Below are positions 1 to 9,304 of a DNA stretch of 64,000 nucleotides, piece after piece (positions within the stretch are counted from its first letter, which is position 1; every line of letters starts with the position of its first letter). Made by a program: the position numbers and the translations under genes. The DNA lies in NCBI GenBank assembly GCA_045605805.1, contig JAZUQR010000021.1:64001-128000 (forward strand). Direction: 5' to 3'. The DNA comes from Alphaproteobacteria bacterium (GTDB lineage Bacteria > Pseudomonadota > Alphaproteobacteria > CAAHEQ01 > UBA3637). The notes below the pieces were generated by a model, which worked only from the letters and a program-made list of their open reading frames with translations, was not told where the DNA came from and did no database searches.

Positions 1-2
1 CC

Positions 3-473
3 CTGTTCAAAGTTGCCAATACACCCAAACAAATGTTGGCCTTGGGCTATGAAAAAGTGCATTCCTTTTTAACCTCAATCAATTACCATAATAATAAAAC
101 AAAAGCCATTATGAATCTGGCCGAAGTGATTGACAAGAAATATAACGGTGAAATCCCGCAAGATTTTGAAACATTGACAACCTTGCCCGGCATTGGCCGC
201 AAAACAGCCAGCGTTTTCCTAAATGTGGCCTATAAAGCCCCCTATATCGGGGTAGACACCCATGTCTTCCGCCTGTGCCATCGCTTAGGTATTTGTACAG
301 GAAAAACACCCGAAGAGCTTCAAAAAAAATTGGAACAAATCATTCCAGACCAATACAAAACTGATTTTGCACTTGCACTTGTTCTTTTGGGGCGTTATAC
401 TTGTACGGCACGCAAACCAAAATGTGCTGAATGTCCCATGTATCAAGTGTGTATATCCGAGGAGAAAAAATAG
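3..473 (+). CDS. nth: Endonuclease III (5'-truncated by window edge)
   Basis: HhH motif LPGIGRKTA, VDTHV, C-terminal 4Fe-4S motif C-x6-C-x2-C-x5-C; frame open from position 3. Confidence 0.95.
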   Translation: MFKVANTPKQMLALGYEKVHSFLTSINYHNNKTKAIMNLAEVIDKKYNGEIPQDFETLTTLPGIGRKTASVFLNVAYKAPYIGVDTHVFRLCHRLGICTGKTPEELQKKLEQIIPDQYKTDFALALVLLGRYTCTARKPKCAECPMYQVCISEEKK

Positions 474-474
474 C

Positions 475-2043
475 ATGTTCAAAAAAGGGGGAATCTTTTT
501 AAGTTTGGTGTTGTTTGCCAGTTTCTGTATGGCTCAAACCCAAGATTTGATGCAATCTGCCACACTTATCAATTTGAATGAAGCGACCGCTTATACCGGC
601 CAACCTTTTTTGTATATTGAAGGCATCAAAGCCCCCGAAAAAGCCAATAATGAGATGGAAGAATTACAGTTAAAACTTTTTGGCACAAAGGATATTCAAA
701 GGGCCACACGCAACACATTACAACTGTCCGATTCAAAGCCAGAAGAAAGCAACAATCAGCAAGAAAACTATACCTTTACAACCCCTTTTGGGCAAAGCGT
801 TCAAGCAGCCTTTATTCCCCACATTCCTGATTTTGTCTCAATCATCCAAGTGCTTGACAAACAGCAAATAACGATAAGTGAACACATCACTGTTATCAAT
901 ACAGATAAAGAAAAAAAATGGAAACGCAGTGTGAATTTGCCCCCCAACTCTTTGGCACAAATGACCCACTTTTCCATCAACGGTCAGGCCCAACCAATCC
1001 CAGCACAAGCACAAGCCAACACTTTACTGATTCAAAGCGACTTTGCCTTACCGTTGGGACCAAATAAAATTGTCTTAAAATACAATTTGACTAACGCCAT
1101 TCAACACAACACCTTAAACTTAAACTTGACTGGCACCCAAGTGGATGTGCCTATCAACCGCTTTAAGGCTCTTATCACATTCAGCACACCCATAAACCTC
1201 ACAACGAATAAATTGCTGTTTGGTACAAACAAAATGGATATTCCCGATATCTATACTCAGCAAACAGATAAGAACGCCACAACAAGCTATGTCATCAACC
1301 GTATCATTCCAGAAAACGCAAACATTCAATTACAAATGAGTCTGGATTCAACCAAACTTCCCTCTGGGTATGATGAACTCAATACTTCTTTGCACTGGAT
1401 AAACTTGATTGTTTATCTAATTTTACTGAGTTATTGGGGCGCAACCCTATGGTGGGAAAACAAAAAGAATAATGCCCCCACCTTGCCAAAAATAAAATAT
1501 CCAAAAACACTGACAGAGCTGGCCCATCAAATCGGCACAACGATGACCCATCAAAAATGGCAGGCATTGATTCAATTCGGAAAAGCCAATAACTGGCCCC
1601 TTCAAAAATTACAAAAAGAACAACAAGATTGGCAAAACCACCCCAAAAAAACATACCTTAAAACAAAAACAAAAACATTCTTTGCTTTGGCGGGAGAAAC
1701 ACTTGCTGGCACAATTTTATTGACCCTTCTCGGATTGATTGGCCTATACTATGTCCCCCAGAACTTGTCTGTATTTTGGCTTGTGAGTTTTGTTTTATAC
1801 GCCATTGTTGGGGTATGTTTGACATATAAGGCCGGCTTGAAAAAAATCCGACAAATCTATTGGCGCAAAAAACTGTTGCAATTGGAAAAACCAACAATAA
1901 TGGCAGGCCTCACCCAGAATCAAGTGCGTCAAGTCTATCCGTTGTTCATTTTGGCAAATCATCATCAAGAATGGCGCACAAAGTTCTGTCAAATCAATCC
2001 AACCACAGCAATACAAACCCATTTGAATAAGGAGAAAGTATGA
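475..2043 (+). CDS. Membrane protein with signal peptide, possibly DUF2207-like
   Basis: Probable start MFKKGG at 475, right after the nth stop; signal peptide, beta-rich soluble region, three C-terminal hydrophobic segments. Confidence 0.6.
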   Translation: MFKKGGIFLSLVLFASFCMAQTQDLMQSATLINLNEATAYTGQPFLYIEGIKAPEKANNEMEELQLKLFGTKDIQRATRNTLQLSDSKPEESNNQQENYTFTTPFGQSVQAAFIPHIPDFVSIIQVLDKQQITISEHITVINTDKEKKWKRSVNLPPNSLAQMTHFSINGQAQPIPAQAQANTLLIQSDFALPLGPNKIVLKYNLTNAIQHNTLNLNLTGTQVDVPINRFKALITFSTPINLTTNKLLFGTNKMDIPDIYTQQTDKNATTSYVINRIIPENANIQLQMSLDSTKLPSGYDELNTSLHWINLIVYLILLSYWGATLWWENKKNNAPTLPKIKYPKTLTELAHQIGTTMTHQKWQALIQFGKANNWPLQKLQKEQQDWQNHPKKTYLKTKTKTFFALAGETLAGTILLTLLGLIGLYYVPQNLSVFWLVSFVLYAIVGVCLTYKAGLKKIRQIYWRKKLLQLEKPTIMAGLTQNQVRQVYPLFILANHHQEWRTKFCQINPTTAIQTHLNKEKV

Positions 2044-2498
2044 AAAAAATCCTTTTACTTATAAGTCTTTTTTTTGTTATACCCTGTATCGCACAAACCC
2101 AAACGGATTCAGACGAAGGGTTGGATATTTATACCGCCGTTTATAAACAACAACAAGACTTATTAAAAATACAAAACATCTTGCTGGAAGCCTTGTTAAA
2201 AGTGCCTTTTGAGAAACGAGTGTATATCTATCCGGCCCTTTTTGAATCACAATACATTGCCAAGAAGATTGTCACTCATCCGCAAATTGCTATCTGGAAA
2301 GGGAAAAAGCCCACTCAGATTGCACCACAAATGCAAGAATATGCCAAAGAAAATCTAGAGTTTATGCCCGCAAAATTATATCCTCTGCTAGATCCTGACG
2401 CTTGGCCTAAAATACCCCAAAAAGAAGATTGGCGTAATATCCAAAAAATGATTCCCGAGATATTGGCCAATCCAAACCAAACACAAAACATTCCATAA
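2040..2498 (+). CDS. Hypothetical exported protein
   Basis: AGGAGA RBS, ATGA overlap with upstream stop, signal peptide MKKILLLISLFFVIPCIA. Confidence 0.7.
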   Translation: MKKILLLISLFFVIPCIAQTQTDSDEGLDIYTAVYKQQQDLLKIQNILLEALLKVPFEKRVYIYPALFESQYIAKKIVTHPQIAIWKGKKPTQIAPQMQEYAKENLEFMPAKLYPLLDPDAWPKIPQKEDWRNIQKMIPEILANPNQTQNIP

Positions 2499-2510
2499 TA
2501 AGGAATAAGA

Positions 2511-2539
2511 TTGACTTTTCAAATAATATCACTTATAAT
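2511..2539 (+). promoter_or_regulatory. Sigma70-type promoter of gcrA-polA
   Basis: TTGACT-17 nt-TATAAT. Confidence 0.7.
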
Positions 2540-2566
2540 AGGTGTATCTTTCAAAAGGAGTTTCTT

Positions 2567-2947
2567 ATGGTGTGGACAGATGAAAAAATTAAAAACTTAA
2601 AAAAATTATGGCAAAAAGGGGCAACAACGGCCGAAATTGCCAAAAAATTGGGGCTTTCTAAAAACTCCATTATCGGCAAAGTCCATCGGCTGAATTTGGA
2701 AACAAGGCCTTCTCCAATTAAAAAGACCGCTCCGGTGAAAAAAGCAAAAGAAACAAAAACCACAAATGAACGCATTGGCATTATGGAGTTAAAACTAAAC
2801 ACATGCCGTTGGCCAATTGGCGACCCAACAGATGATGACTTTCACTTCTGTGGTAAAAACACAGCCACAGGCAAACCTTACTGTGCCGAACACTGTGCCA
2901 TGGCTTATTCAGGTTCAACAAAAGAAACAACCACAGATGACGAATGA
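2567..2947 (+). CDS. gcrA: GcrA cell-cycle regulator
   Basis: WTDEKI..LKKLW..G.T..EIA..LG.SKNSIIGKVHRL N-terminus; CRWPIGDP..FHFCG..PYCAEH C-terminus. Confidence 0.93.
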   Translation: MVWTDEKIKNLKKLWQKGATTAEIAKKLGLSKNSIIGKVHRLNLETRPSPIKKTAPVKKAKETKTTNERIGIMELKLNTCRWPIGDPTDDDFHFCGKNTATGKPYCAEHCAMAYSGSTKETTTDDE

Positions 2948-5654
2948 AACAAACAAAAATACGCTTTGTCTGATTGATGGTTCGGGTTATATCTTCCGTG
3001 CCTTTTATGCCCTCCCCCCAATGAACAGGCCAGATGGCACCCCCACAAATGCCGTTTATGGTTTTACAAATATGATGATGAACCTTTTGAACGAGCAGCA
3101 TTGCGCCCACATTGTGGTTATCTTTGATGCAAAGCGCAAAAACTTTCGCAATGATATTTACCCGCAATATAAAGCGAACAGACGAGAAACACCCCCTGAA
3201 CTGATTCCACAATTTCCTTTAATCCGCTCTGCCTGCGAAGCCTTAAATGTCAAATGGCTTGAAAAAGAAGGCTATGAGGCCGATGACCTAATTGCCGCCT
3301 ATGCCGAAAAAGCCACAAAAATGGGATGGCAAACAACTGTTATTACTGCTGACAAAGATTTGATGCAGTTGATGACAGACAGTGTCAAAATCTATGATCC
3401 AATGAAGAAAAAAATGCTGACCGAAGAAGATGTGATAAAAAAATTCGGGGTGACACCGGATAAAGTCACTGATGTGCAGGCCTTGATGGGTGACAGCACA
3501 GATAATATCCCTGGTGCAAACGGCATTGGCCCCAAAACGGCCGCAGAATTGATAAAAAATTATGGTTCGTTAAAAAATCTGTTGGATAATTTGGATACCA
3601 TTCCCAAACAAAAACAAAAAGAGGGATTGATTCGGGATAAAGAGCAAATCTTGATATCCGAAAAATTGGTGACCTTGGATAAAAATGCCCCAACGGAAAA
3701 TGATTTATCCGTCTTTGAATCACAACCATATCATCCCCAACACCTGAGTGATTTTTTAACACAAAACAACTTTCAAAGTTTAATCAAAAAAATCCAATTA
3801 AACACAAAAAATGCCCCCCAAACACCTGTTATGGCATCACCCACTCAAAACATCTGTATCCAAAGTGAAACGGATTTGCAAAGTTGGTTAAAAACAACAC
3901 AAAATGTGCTGGCCATAACAAGCCTGACACAAAACAATCAACTGATAGGGGTGGCCTTGGCAAACAGCCCATCCAATACCTGTTATATCCCATTGAATCA
4001 CATTCACCAATCAGATATAAAAGAAGACCTATTTGCCCCAATCAGCCGCCCGCCACAAATCAGCCCACAAAGTTTTTTGTCCATCCTCACACCATTTTTG
4101 GAAAACACATCCATCCTTAAAATAGGCCATAGCATCAAACAAACATGGCACAGTTTGACCACAAAAGAAATGGTTGAGTTGGCTCCCATAGACGATATTG
4201 AATTGATGAGCTATATTTTGAACAATACAAAACAACAAACGGCCTTACATCAGCTGAGCCAAGATTTGCTGGGGCTGCCCTTGATGGGAATGGAAAGCCT
4301 GACCGGATTGGGCAAAAATAAAACCCCCATTGAAGCCCTTTCTTTGGAACAAACCACAATCTATATGGGACAGCAGGTAAGCGCAATTTTTCAATGCTGG
4401 CAAAAATTAAAAAACTTGATGAATAACGCACCAAAAGCCTTGGAAATCTATAAGGATATTGATTTACCACTGATTCCAATTTTATATCGTATGGAAAAAG
4501 CCGGCATTTTGGTAGATATTCCCACTTTGCAAAAATTGGATGAACGATTCACACAGAACCTGCAAACTTTAACCGATAAAATCTATCAAGCTGCTGGTGA
4601 AGAGTTCAACATCAACTCTCCTGCTCAACTGGGTGTCATTTTGTATGAAAAACAAGGTTTATCCGGTGGCAAAAGAAGTGCTAATGGACATTGGATAACA
4701 GATGTCAAAGTTTTGGAATCTTTGGCGCAAAACGGTTCGGAATTGGCACATCTTGTCCTGCAATACAGAACCATCAGCAAATTAAAATCCACTTATGTGG
4801 ATGCGTTAAAAGACTATGCAAAACAAGATGCTCGCATTCATACAACCTTTTCCCTAACAGCCACAAACACAGGCCGCTTGGCAAGTTCTGACCCAAACCT
4901 GCAAAACATTCCTATCCGTTCTGCCGAAGGCAAAGAAATCCGTCAGGCATTCAAAGCAAAAACCGGCTATAAACTTGTATCTGCCGACTATTCACAAATA
5001 GAATTGCGTCTGATGGCCGAAGTGGCCAATGTCAAAAAATTAAAAGAATCTTTTGCAAAAAACGAGGATATCCACGCCCGAACAGCAAGCCAGATTTTAG
5101 GCATCCCCTTAAACGAAATCACACCCGATCAAAGGCGTCAAGCAAAAGCCATCAATTTTGGTATCATCTATGGCATTTCTGCCTTTGGGTTGGCGGCCAA
5201 CTTGGGCATTTCAAGAACAGAAGCAAAAGCCTATATAGACACCTATTTCGGCCAATATCCAGAAATCAAAAAATATATGCAAGAAACAGAACAATTTGCT
5301 GAACGAAACGGCTTTGTCACAACCCCCTTTGGTCGCACTATCCACATTGCAGGATTAGACAACAAAATGACCAAAAACTTTGCCTTGCGAGCCGCCATCA
5401 ATGCCCCAATCCAAGGCGGTGCTGCTGATATTATAAAAATGGCAACTATCAAAGTCTGTCACATCTTACAGCAAGCAAATCTGGATGCCGCCTTGCTGCT
5501 TCAAGTGCATGACGAACTGGTTTTTGAAATTGCCGAACAAGATGTCACACAAGCAAGTGAACTGATTAAAGAAGCCATGGAAAAAGTGGTTCATCTGTCT
5601 GTTCCGTTGGTGGCCGAAGTTGGTGTTGGGGATAATTGGAAAGAGGCACATTGA
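2937..5654 (+). CDS. polA: DNA polymerase I
   Basis: 5' nuclease LIDGSGYIFRAFYALP; TGRLASSDPNLQNIP, ADYSQIELR, AKAINFGIIYG, LQVHDEL; start moved to ATG 2937. Confidence 0.97.
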   Translation: MTNETNKNTLCLIDGSGYIFRAFYALPPMNRPDGTPTNAVYGFTNMMMNLLNEQHCAHIVVIFDAKRKNFRNDIYPQYKANRRETPPELIPQFPLIRSACEALNVKWLEKEGYEADDLIAAYAEKATKMGWQTTVITADKDLMQLMTDSVKIYDPMKKKMLTEEDVIKKFGVTPDKVTDVQALMGDSTDNIPGANGIGPKTAAELIKNYGSLKNLLDNLDTIPKQKQKEGLIRDKEQILISEKLVTLDKNAPTENDLSVFESQPYHPQHLSDFLTQNNFQSLIKKIQLNTKNAPQTPVMASPTQNICIQSETDLQSWLKTTQNVLAITSLTQNNQLIGVALANSPSNTCYIPLNHIHQSDIKEDLFAPISRPPQISPQSFLSILTPFLENTSILKIGHSIKQTWHSLTTKEMVELAPIDDIELMSYILNNTKQQTALHQLSQDLLGLPLMGMESLTGLGKNKTPIEALSLEQTTIYMGQQVSAIFQCWQKLKNLMNNAPKALEIYKDIDLPLIPILYRMEKAGILVDIPTLQKLDERFTQNLQTLTDKIYQAAGEEFNINSPAQLGVILYEKQGLSGGKRSANGHWITDVKVLESLAQNGSELAHLVLQYRTISKLKSTYVDALKDYAKQDARIHTTFSLTATNTGRLASSDPNLQNIPIRSAEGKEIRQAFKAKTGYKLVSADYSQIELRLMAEVANVKKLKESFAKNEDIHARTASQILGIPLNEITPDQRRQAKAINFGIIYGISAFGLAANLGISRTEAKAYIDTYFGQYPEIKKYMQETEQFAERNGFVTTPFGRTIHIAGLDNKMTKNFALRAAINAPIQGGAADIIKMATIKVCHILQQANLDAALLLQVHDELVFEIAEQDVTQASELIKEAMEKVVHLSVPLVAEVGVGDNWKEAH

Positions 5655-5664
5655 GGCAAAAAAA

Positions 5665-6441
5665 ATGAGACTAGATCAATTTTTGGTACATCAAAATCTG
5701 ATTGACACCCGCACAAAAGCCAAATCAGCCATCACACAAGGCCTCATTTATTGTGACGGTCAACAAATAACAAAGCCAAGTTTTGAGGTCACAGACAATA
5801 CACAAGTTGAAATTAAAGGCTGTTTGTTGCCCTATGTTTCTCGTGGGGGCCTAAAATTAGAAAAAGCCCTAAACGATTTTCAAATTGATTTAAGTGAAAA
5901 AATCGTTTTGGATATCGGCTCATCAACCGGTGGTTTTACAGATTGTGCCCTTCAACACAAAGCAAAATCGGTGATAGCTGTTGATGTAGGCACCAACCAA
6001 TTAGCCCCTGTTTTACGAACAAATCCAGCTGTCATAGTTTATGAACAAACCGATTTCAGAACCATAAGCACAGAAAAAATAAACGCTTGCCAAATTGCCG
6101 TATCAGATGTTTCTTTCATCTCTGTGATAAAAATGATTCCCAAGTTGCAACAGATTGAAAATCTGACCGACCTCATCTGTTTAATCAAACCACAGTTTGA
6201 ATGCGGGAAAGAAACGGCCGATAAATATAAGGGAATTATCAAAAATCCCAAAATCCATATCCAAGTGCTGACAACTGTCATCGCCACATTTGAAAAAAAT
6301 GGATTTCATTTGCATCATTTATGTCTTTCCCCCATCAAAGGAACAAGTGGCAACACCGAATATCTGGCTCACTTCAAAAAAGAACCAAGTAATTTTTCGC
6401 CAAATATCAATGAGCTAACACATAAGGCTTTTCAAAAATAA
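5665..6441 (+). CDS. tlyA: TlyA family rRNA methyltransferase
   Basis: S4-like MRLDQFL, YVSRGGLKL, DIGSSTGGFTDC, DVSFIS, LIKPQFE. Confidence 0.93.
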   Translation: MRLDQFLVHQNLIDTRTKAKSAITQGLIYCDGQQITKPSFEVTDNTQVEIKGCLLPYVSRGGLKLEKALNDFQIDLSEKIVLDIGSSTGGFTDCALQHKAKSVIAVDVGTNQLAPVLRTNPAVIVYEQTDFRTISTEKINACQIAVSDVSFISVIKMIPKLQQIENLTDLICLIKPQFECGKETADKYKGIIKNPKIHIQVLTTVIATFEKNGFHLHHLCLSPIKGTSGNTEYLAHFKKEPSNFSPNINELTHKAFQK

Positions 6442-6501
6442 ACTTTCCCCTTGCGTTTTGCCTTTTTTCGTGCTAGGATGAACCAAAACAAAGGAGTAAG
6501 C

Positions 6502-7467
6502 ATGACAGACTTTTCAAATATATCGGTAATCGGCTGTGGCCGTTGGGGCGGATTTTTGGGGTGGTACGCCGCCACAATTAAATCATCACATGTATTGTTT
6601 CTGGGTGTCCCTGGTGATCCGGCTTATGAATCTTTAATCAAAACAGGCTTCAACGGCTATTGCCAAATGCCCGAAAATGTCAGCTATACCACCGATATGG
6701 AAGAAACGCTTAAAAATGATTTTATTATTGTATCCATTGGCTGTCAAGGTTTCCGTTCGCTGTGCAAACAAATGGCACCCTATAACTTAAAAGGGAAAAA
6801 GTTCTTGCTTGCCATGAAAGGTTTGGAATCTGATACTGCCAAACGCATGACGCAGATTTTTGAAGAAGAAATCCATGAACCCACAGCTCAGGTGGCCGTT
6901 TTGGGCGGCCCTGGTCATCCACAAGACTACTTAAAAGGCATTCCAAGCTGTGTGGTTGTCAGCTCGGCCACAGAAGAAGCAAAACTTTCCATTGCCCAAT
7001 ATATGAACAGCCATTTAATTCGGGCCTATTATGGTTCAGATTTAATTGGCAATGAAATTGGGGCGGCCTTAAAGAATGTTATCGGGTTGGCGGCCGGCAT
7101 TTTGGACGGCATCGGATGGAACGCCTTAAAAGGCGCATTGATGGCTCGTGCACCTGTGGAAGTAGGCCGTATTATGGAATACTTTGGCGGGCAATCAAAA
7201 AGTGCCTATGGTTTGGCTCACTTGGGTGATTATGAAGCCACACTGTTCTCACCGCACAGCCACAATCGGGCCTATGGTGAAGCATGGGCAAAAGGCGAAA
7301 GGTTTGAAAAATTGGCCGAAGGCGTGCCTACCTTAAAGGCCGTTTATGCAATGCGAGATCAGTTAGAAATCCCACTATGCGTTGCCCTGTACAATGTGAT
7401 TTATAAAAATGCCGATCCAAAATCAGAAATCAAAATCCTGTTTGATCGCCCGTTAAGATCCGAATAA
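6502..7467 (+). CDS. gpsA: NAD(P)H-dependent glycerol-3-phosphate dehydrogenase
   Basis: Rossmann VIGCGRWG, KGLE, EIGAALKNVIGLAAG, GLAHLGDY, SHNR; AAGGAG RBS before ATG 6502. Confidence 0.9.
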   Translation: MTDFSNISVIGCGRWGGFLGWYAATIKSSHVLFLGVPGDPAYESLIKTGFNGYCQMPENVSYTTDMEETLKNDFIIVSIGCQGFRSLCKQMAPYNLKGKKFLLAMKGLESDTAKRMTQIFEEEIHEPTAQVAVLGGPGHPQDYLKGIPSCVVVSSATEEAKLSIAQYMNSHLIRAYYGSDLIGNEIGAALKNVIGLAAGILDGIGWNALKGALMARAPVEVGRIMEYFGGQSKSAYGLAHLGDYEATLFSPHSHNRAYGEAWAKGERFEKLAEGVPTLKAVYAMRDQLEIPLCVALYNVIYKNADPKSEIKILFDRPLRSE

Positions 7468-7478
7468 ACATTTTTGTC

Positions 7479-7507
7479 TTGACTTTCATCACGCTTTTGC
7501 GTAAAAT
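7479..7507 (+). promoter_or_regulatory. Sigma70-type promoter of ffs-dnaX
   Basis: TTGACT-17 nt-TAAAAT. Confidence 0.65.
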
Positions 7508-7513
7508 AAAGGC

Positions 7514-7600
7514 GGAAAGATGTGGACGACAATCTTTGGTTATCGGGTCAGGTTCGGAAGAAAGCAGCCCACCCTTTGTATTTCGGGTCATGTCTTTCCT
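7514..7600 (+). ncRNA. ffs: Signal recognition particle (4.5S) RNA
   Basis: Domain IV motif GGTCAGGTTCGGAAGAAAGCAGCC; closing stem GGAAAGA/TCTTTCC; usual position upstream of dnaX. Confidence 0.88.
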
Positions 7601-7617
7601 CTAACAAAAGGATACCG

Positions 7618-9270
7618 ATGGCAACACAATCGCAAGTTCTCGCACGCAAGTACCGCCCGCAAGTTTTTGATGATCTTATCGGTCAAGAAGCCCTTGTACG
7701 CACAATTACAAACGCCATAAAGCAAAACCGTCTAGCTCAGGCATATATGCTAACCGGCATTCGTGGCGTTGGCAAAACAACCTCTGCTCGCATCATCGCC
7801 AAAGGCTTGAACTGTGTTGGCAAAGATGGCCAAGGCAATATGACCCCTAACCCCTGTGGTCAATGCAAACATTGCCAAGAAATTGCCGCCGATTCACACA
7901 TTGATGTGATTGAAATTGATGCGGCCAGTAATACCAGTGTGGACAACATACGAGAAATCATTGAAGGGGCAAAATACAACCCTGTGTCTGCCCGTTATAA
8001 AGTTTATATCATTGACGAAGTGCATATGTTATCCAAAGCCGCTTTTAACGCCCTTTTGAAAACATTGGAAGAACCGCCGGAACGGGTAAAGTTTATCTTT
8101 GCTACCACCGAAATCCGCAAAGTTCCCCTTACCATTTTATCCCGTTGTCAGCGTTTTGATTTGAAGCGGGTAGAATTAGAAGAATTGACACAGCACCTGA
8201 AAAAAATCTGCCAAACAGAAAAAAAAGAGTTTTCTGATGAAGCCTTGCGCCTGTTTGCAAAAGCGGGGGATGGTTCGGTGCGTGATACCCTTTCTTTATT
8301 AGACCAAGCTATAACACAATTACCCGATAATCCCTCAATAGAGCAAGTGCGCCAAATGTTGGGTGTGGCCGATTCCGGTGCTTTGTTAAAGCTATATCAA
8401 GCCATTTTACACGCAGATATGCCTTTGGTTTTTGACCTGCTCTCCACCCAATATCAGGCGGGGACAGATGCCTTGACTTTGGTGCAAGATATGATGGATT
8501 TAACCTATAAACTGACATGTCTGAAAGTTGCCCCAAAAACAACTTTATTGGAAGATTTAACACAAGACGAACAGGGCGCCTTAAAAGAAATCGCAAAACA
8601 GGCCAGCATCCACGCTTTAACTGCAAATTGGCAACTGCTGATAAAAGGAATTCAAGAAGTGCGTTTGGCTGACCATCCATTCCAAGCAACACAAATGTTG
8701 ATGATTCGCATGGCTTATATGTCTGATATCGCCACGCCACAACAATTGTTAAATGAAATCAAAACACAAAACACAACATCTGTTGTGGTTCAACCACAAA
8801 TGGCCACCCAGCCACAACCACAAAATACACCTCAGCAAAACCAACAGACTGTACAATCTTCCTTACAACAATTCAAAAACATCAAGGAAATTGCTGCCTT
8901 TGCAAAAACAAAAGGGGAAAGAATGTTGGCCTTTAATTTAGAAACATTTGTGCGCCCGATAAGTATTGAAAACAATACCATCTCTTGTGTCTTGGCTCCC
9001 AATACCCCAGGCAATTTTTCGGCTAATCTGACCAAGTTTTTACGAGATGCGACTGGAACAAATTGGATTTTGAACACACAAAAAACAGGGGGTGGGCCTT
9101 CCATCAAAGAAGAAAAAGAGGCCAACGCCCAACAATTGATTGGCAAAATCAAACAAGATCCAGCCGTGGCCGAAATTGAAAAACTGTTCAAAGGGGCAAA
9201 AATAGAAAAAGTCAAACCCTTAAAAACACAAGATGCTCCCGAAGAAACAGAACCGGAAGAAGATGCATAA
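7618..9270 (+). CDS. dnaX: DNA polymerase III subunit gamma/tau
   Basis: VLARKYRP, Walker A GIRGVGKTT, IIDEVHMLS, SRCQRF; start set at ATG 7618 after ffs. Confidence 0.96.
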   Translation: MATQSQVLARKYRPQVFDDLIGQEALVRTITNAIKQNRLAQAYMLTGIRGVGKTTSARIIAKGLNCVGKDGQGNMTPNPCGQCKHCQEIAADSHIDVIEIDAASNTSVDNIREIIEGAKYNPVSARYKVYIIDEVHMLSKAAFNALLKTLEEPPERVKFIFATTEIRKVPLTILSRCQRFDLKRVELEELTQHLKKICQTEKKEFSDEALRLFAKAGDGSVRDTLSLLDQAITQLPDNPSIEQVRQMLGVADSGALLKLYQAILHADMPLVFDLLSTQYQAGTDALTLVQDMMDLTYKLTCLKVAPKTTLLEDLTQDEQGALKEIAKQASIHALTANWQLLIKGIQEVRLADHPFQATQMLMIRMAYMSDIATPQQLLNEIKTQNTTSVVVQPQMATQPQPQNTPQQNQQTVQSSLQQFKNIKEIAAFAKTKGERMLAFNLETFVRPISIENNTISCVLAPNTPGNFSANLTKFLRDATGTNWILNTQKTGGGPSIKEEKEANAQQLIGKIKQDPAVAEIEKLFKGAKIEKVKPLKTQDAPEETEPEEDA

Positions 9271-9304
9271 AAAGTGCTTGCATTTATAAAAATGAATTGT
9301 TAAA

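Noticed and set aside
2817-2936. N-terminal extension of PolA
   Set aside because: Overlaps the conserved GcrA C-terminus in another frame; PolA homology begins after 2937.
7522-7617. N-terminal extension of DnaX in the ORF track
   Set aside because: This stretch is the SRP RNA; the conserved DnaX start is ATG 7618.
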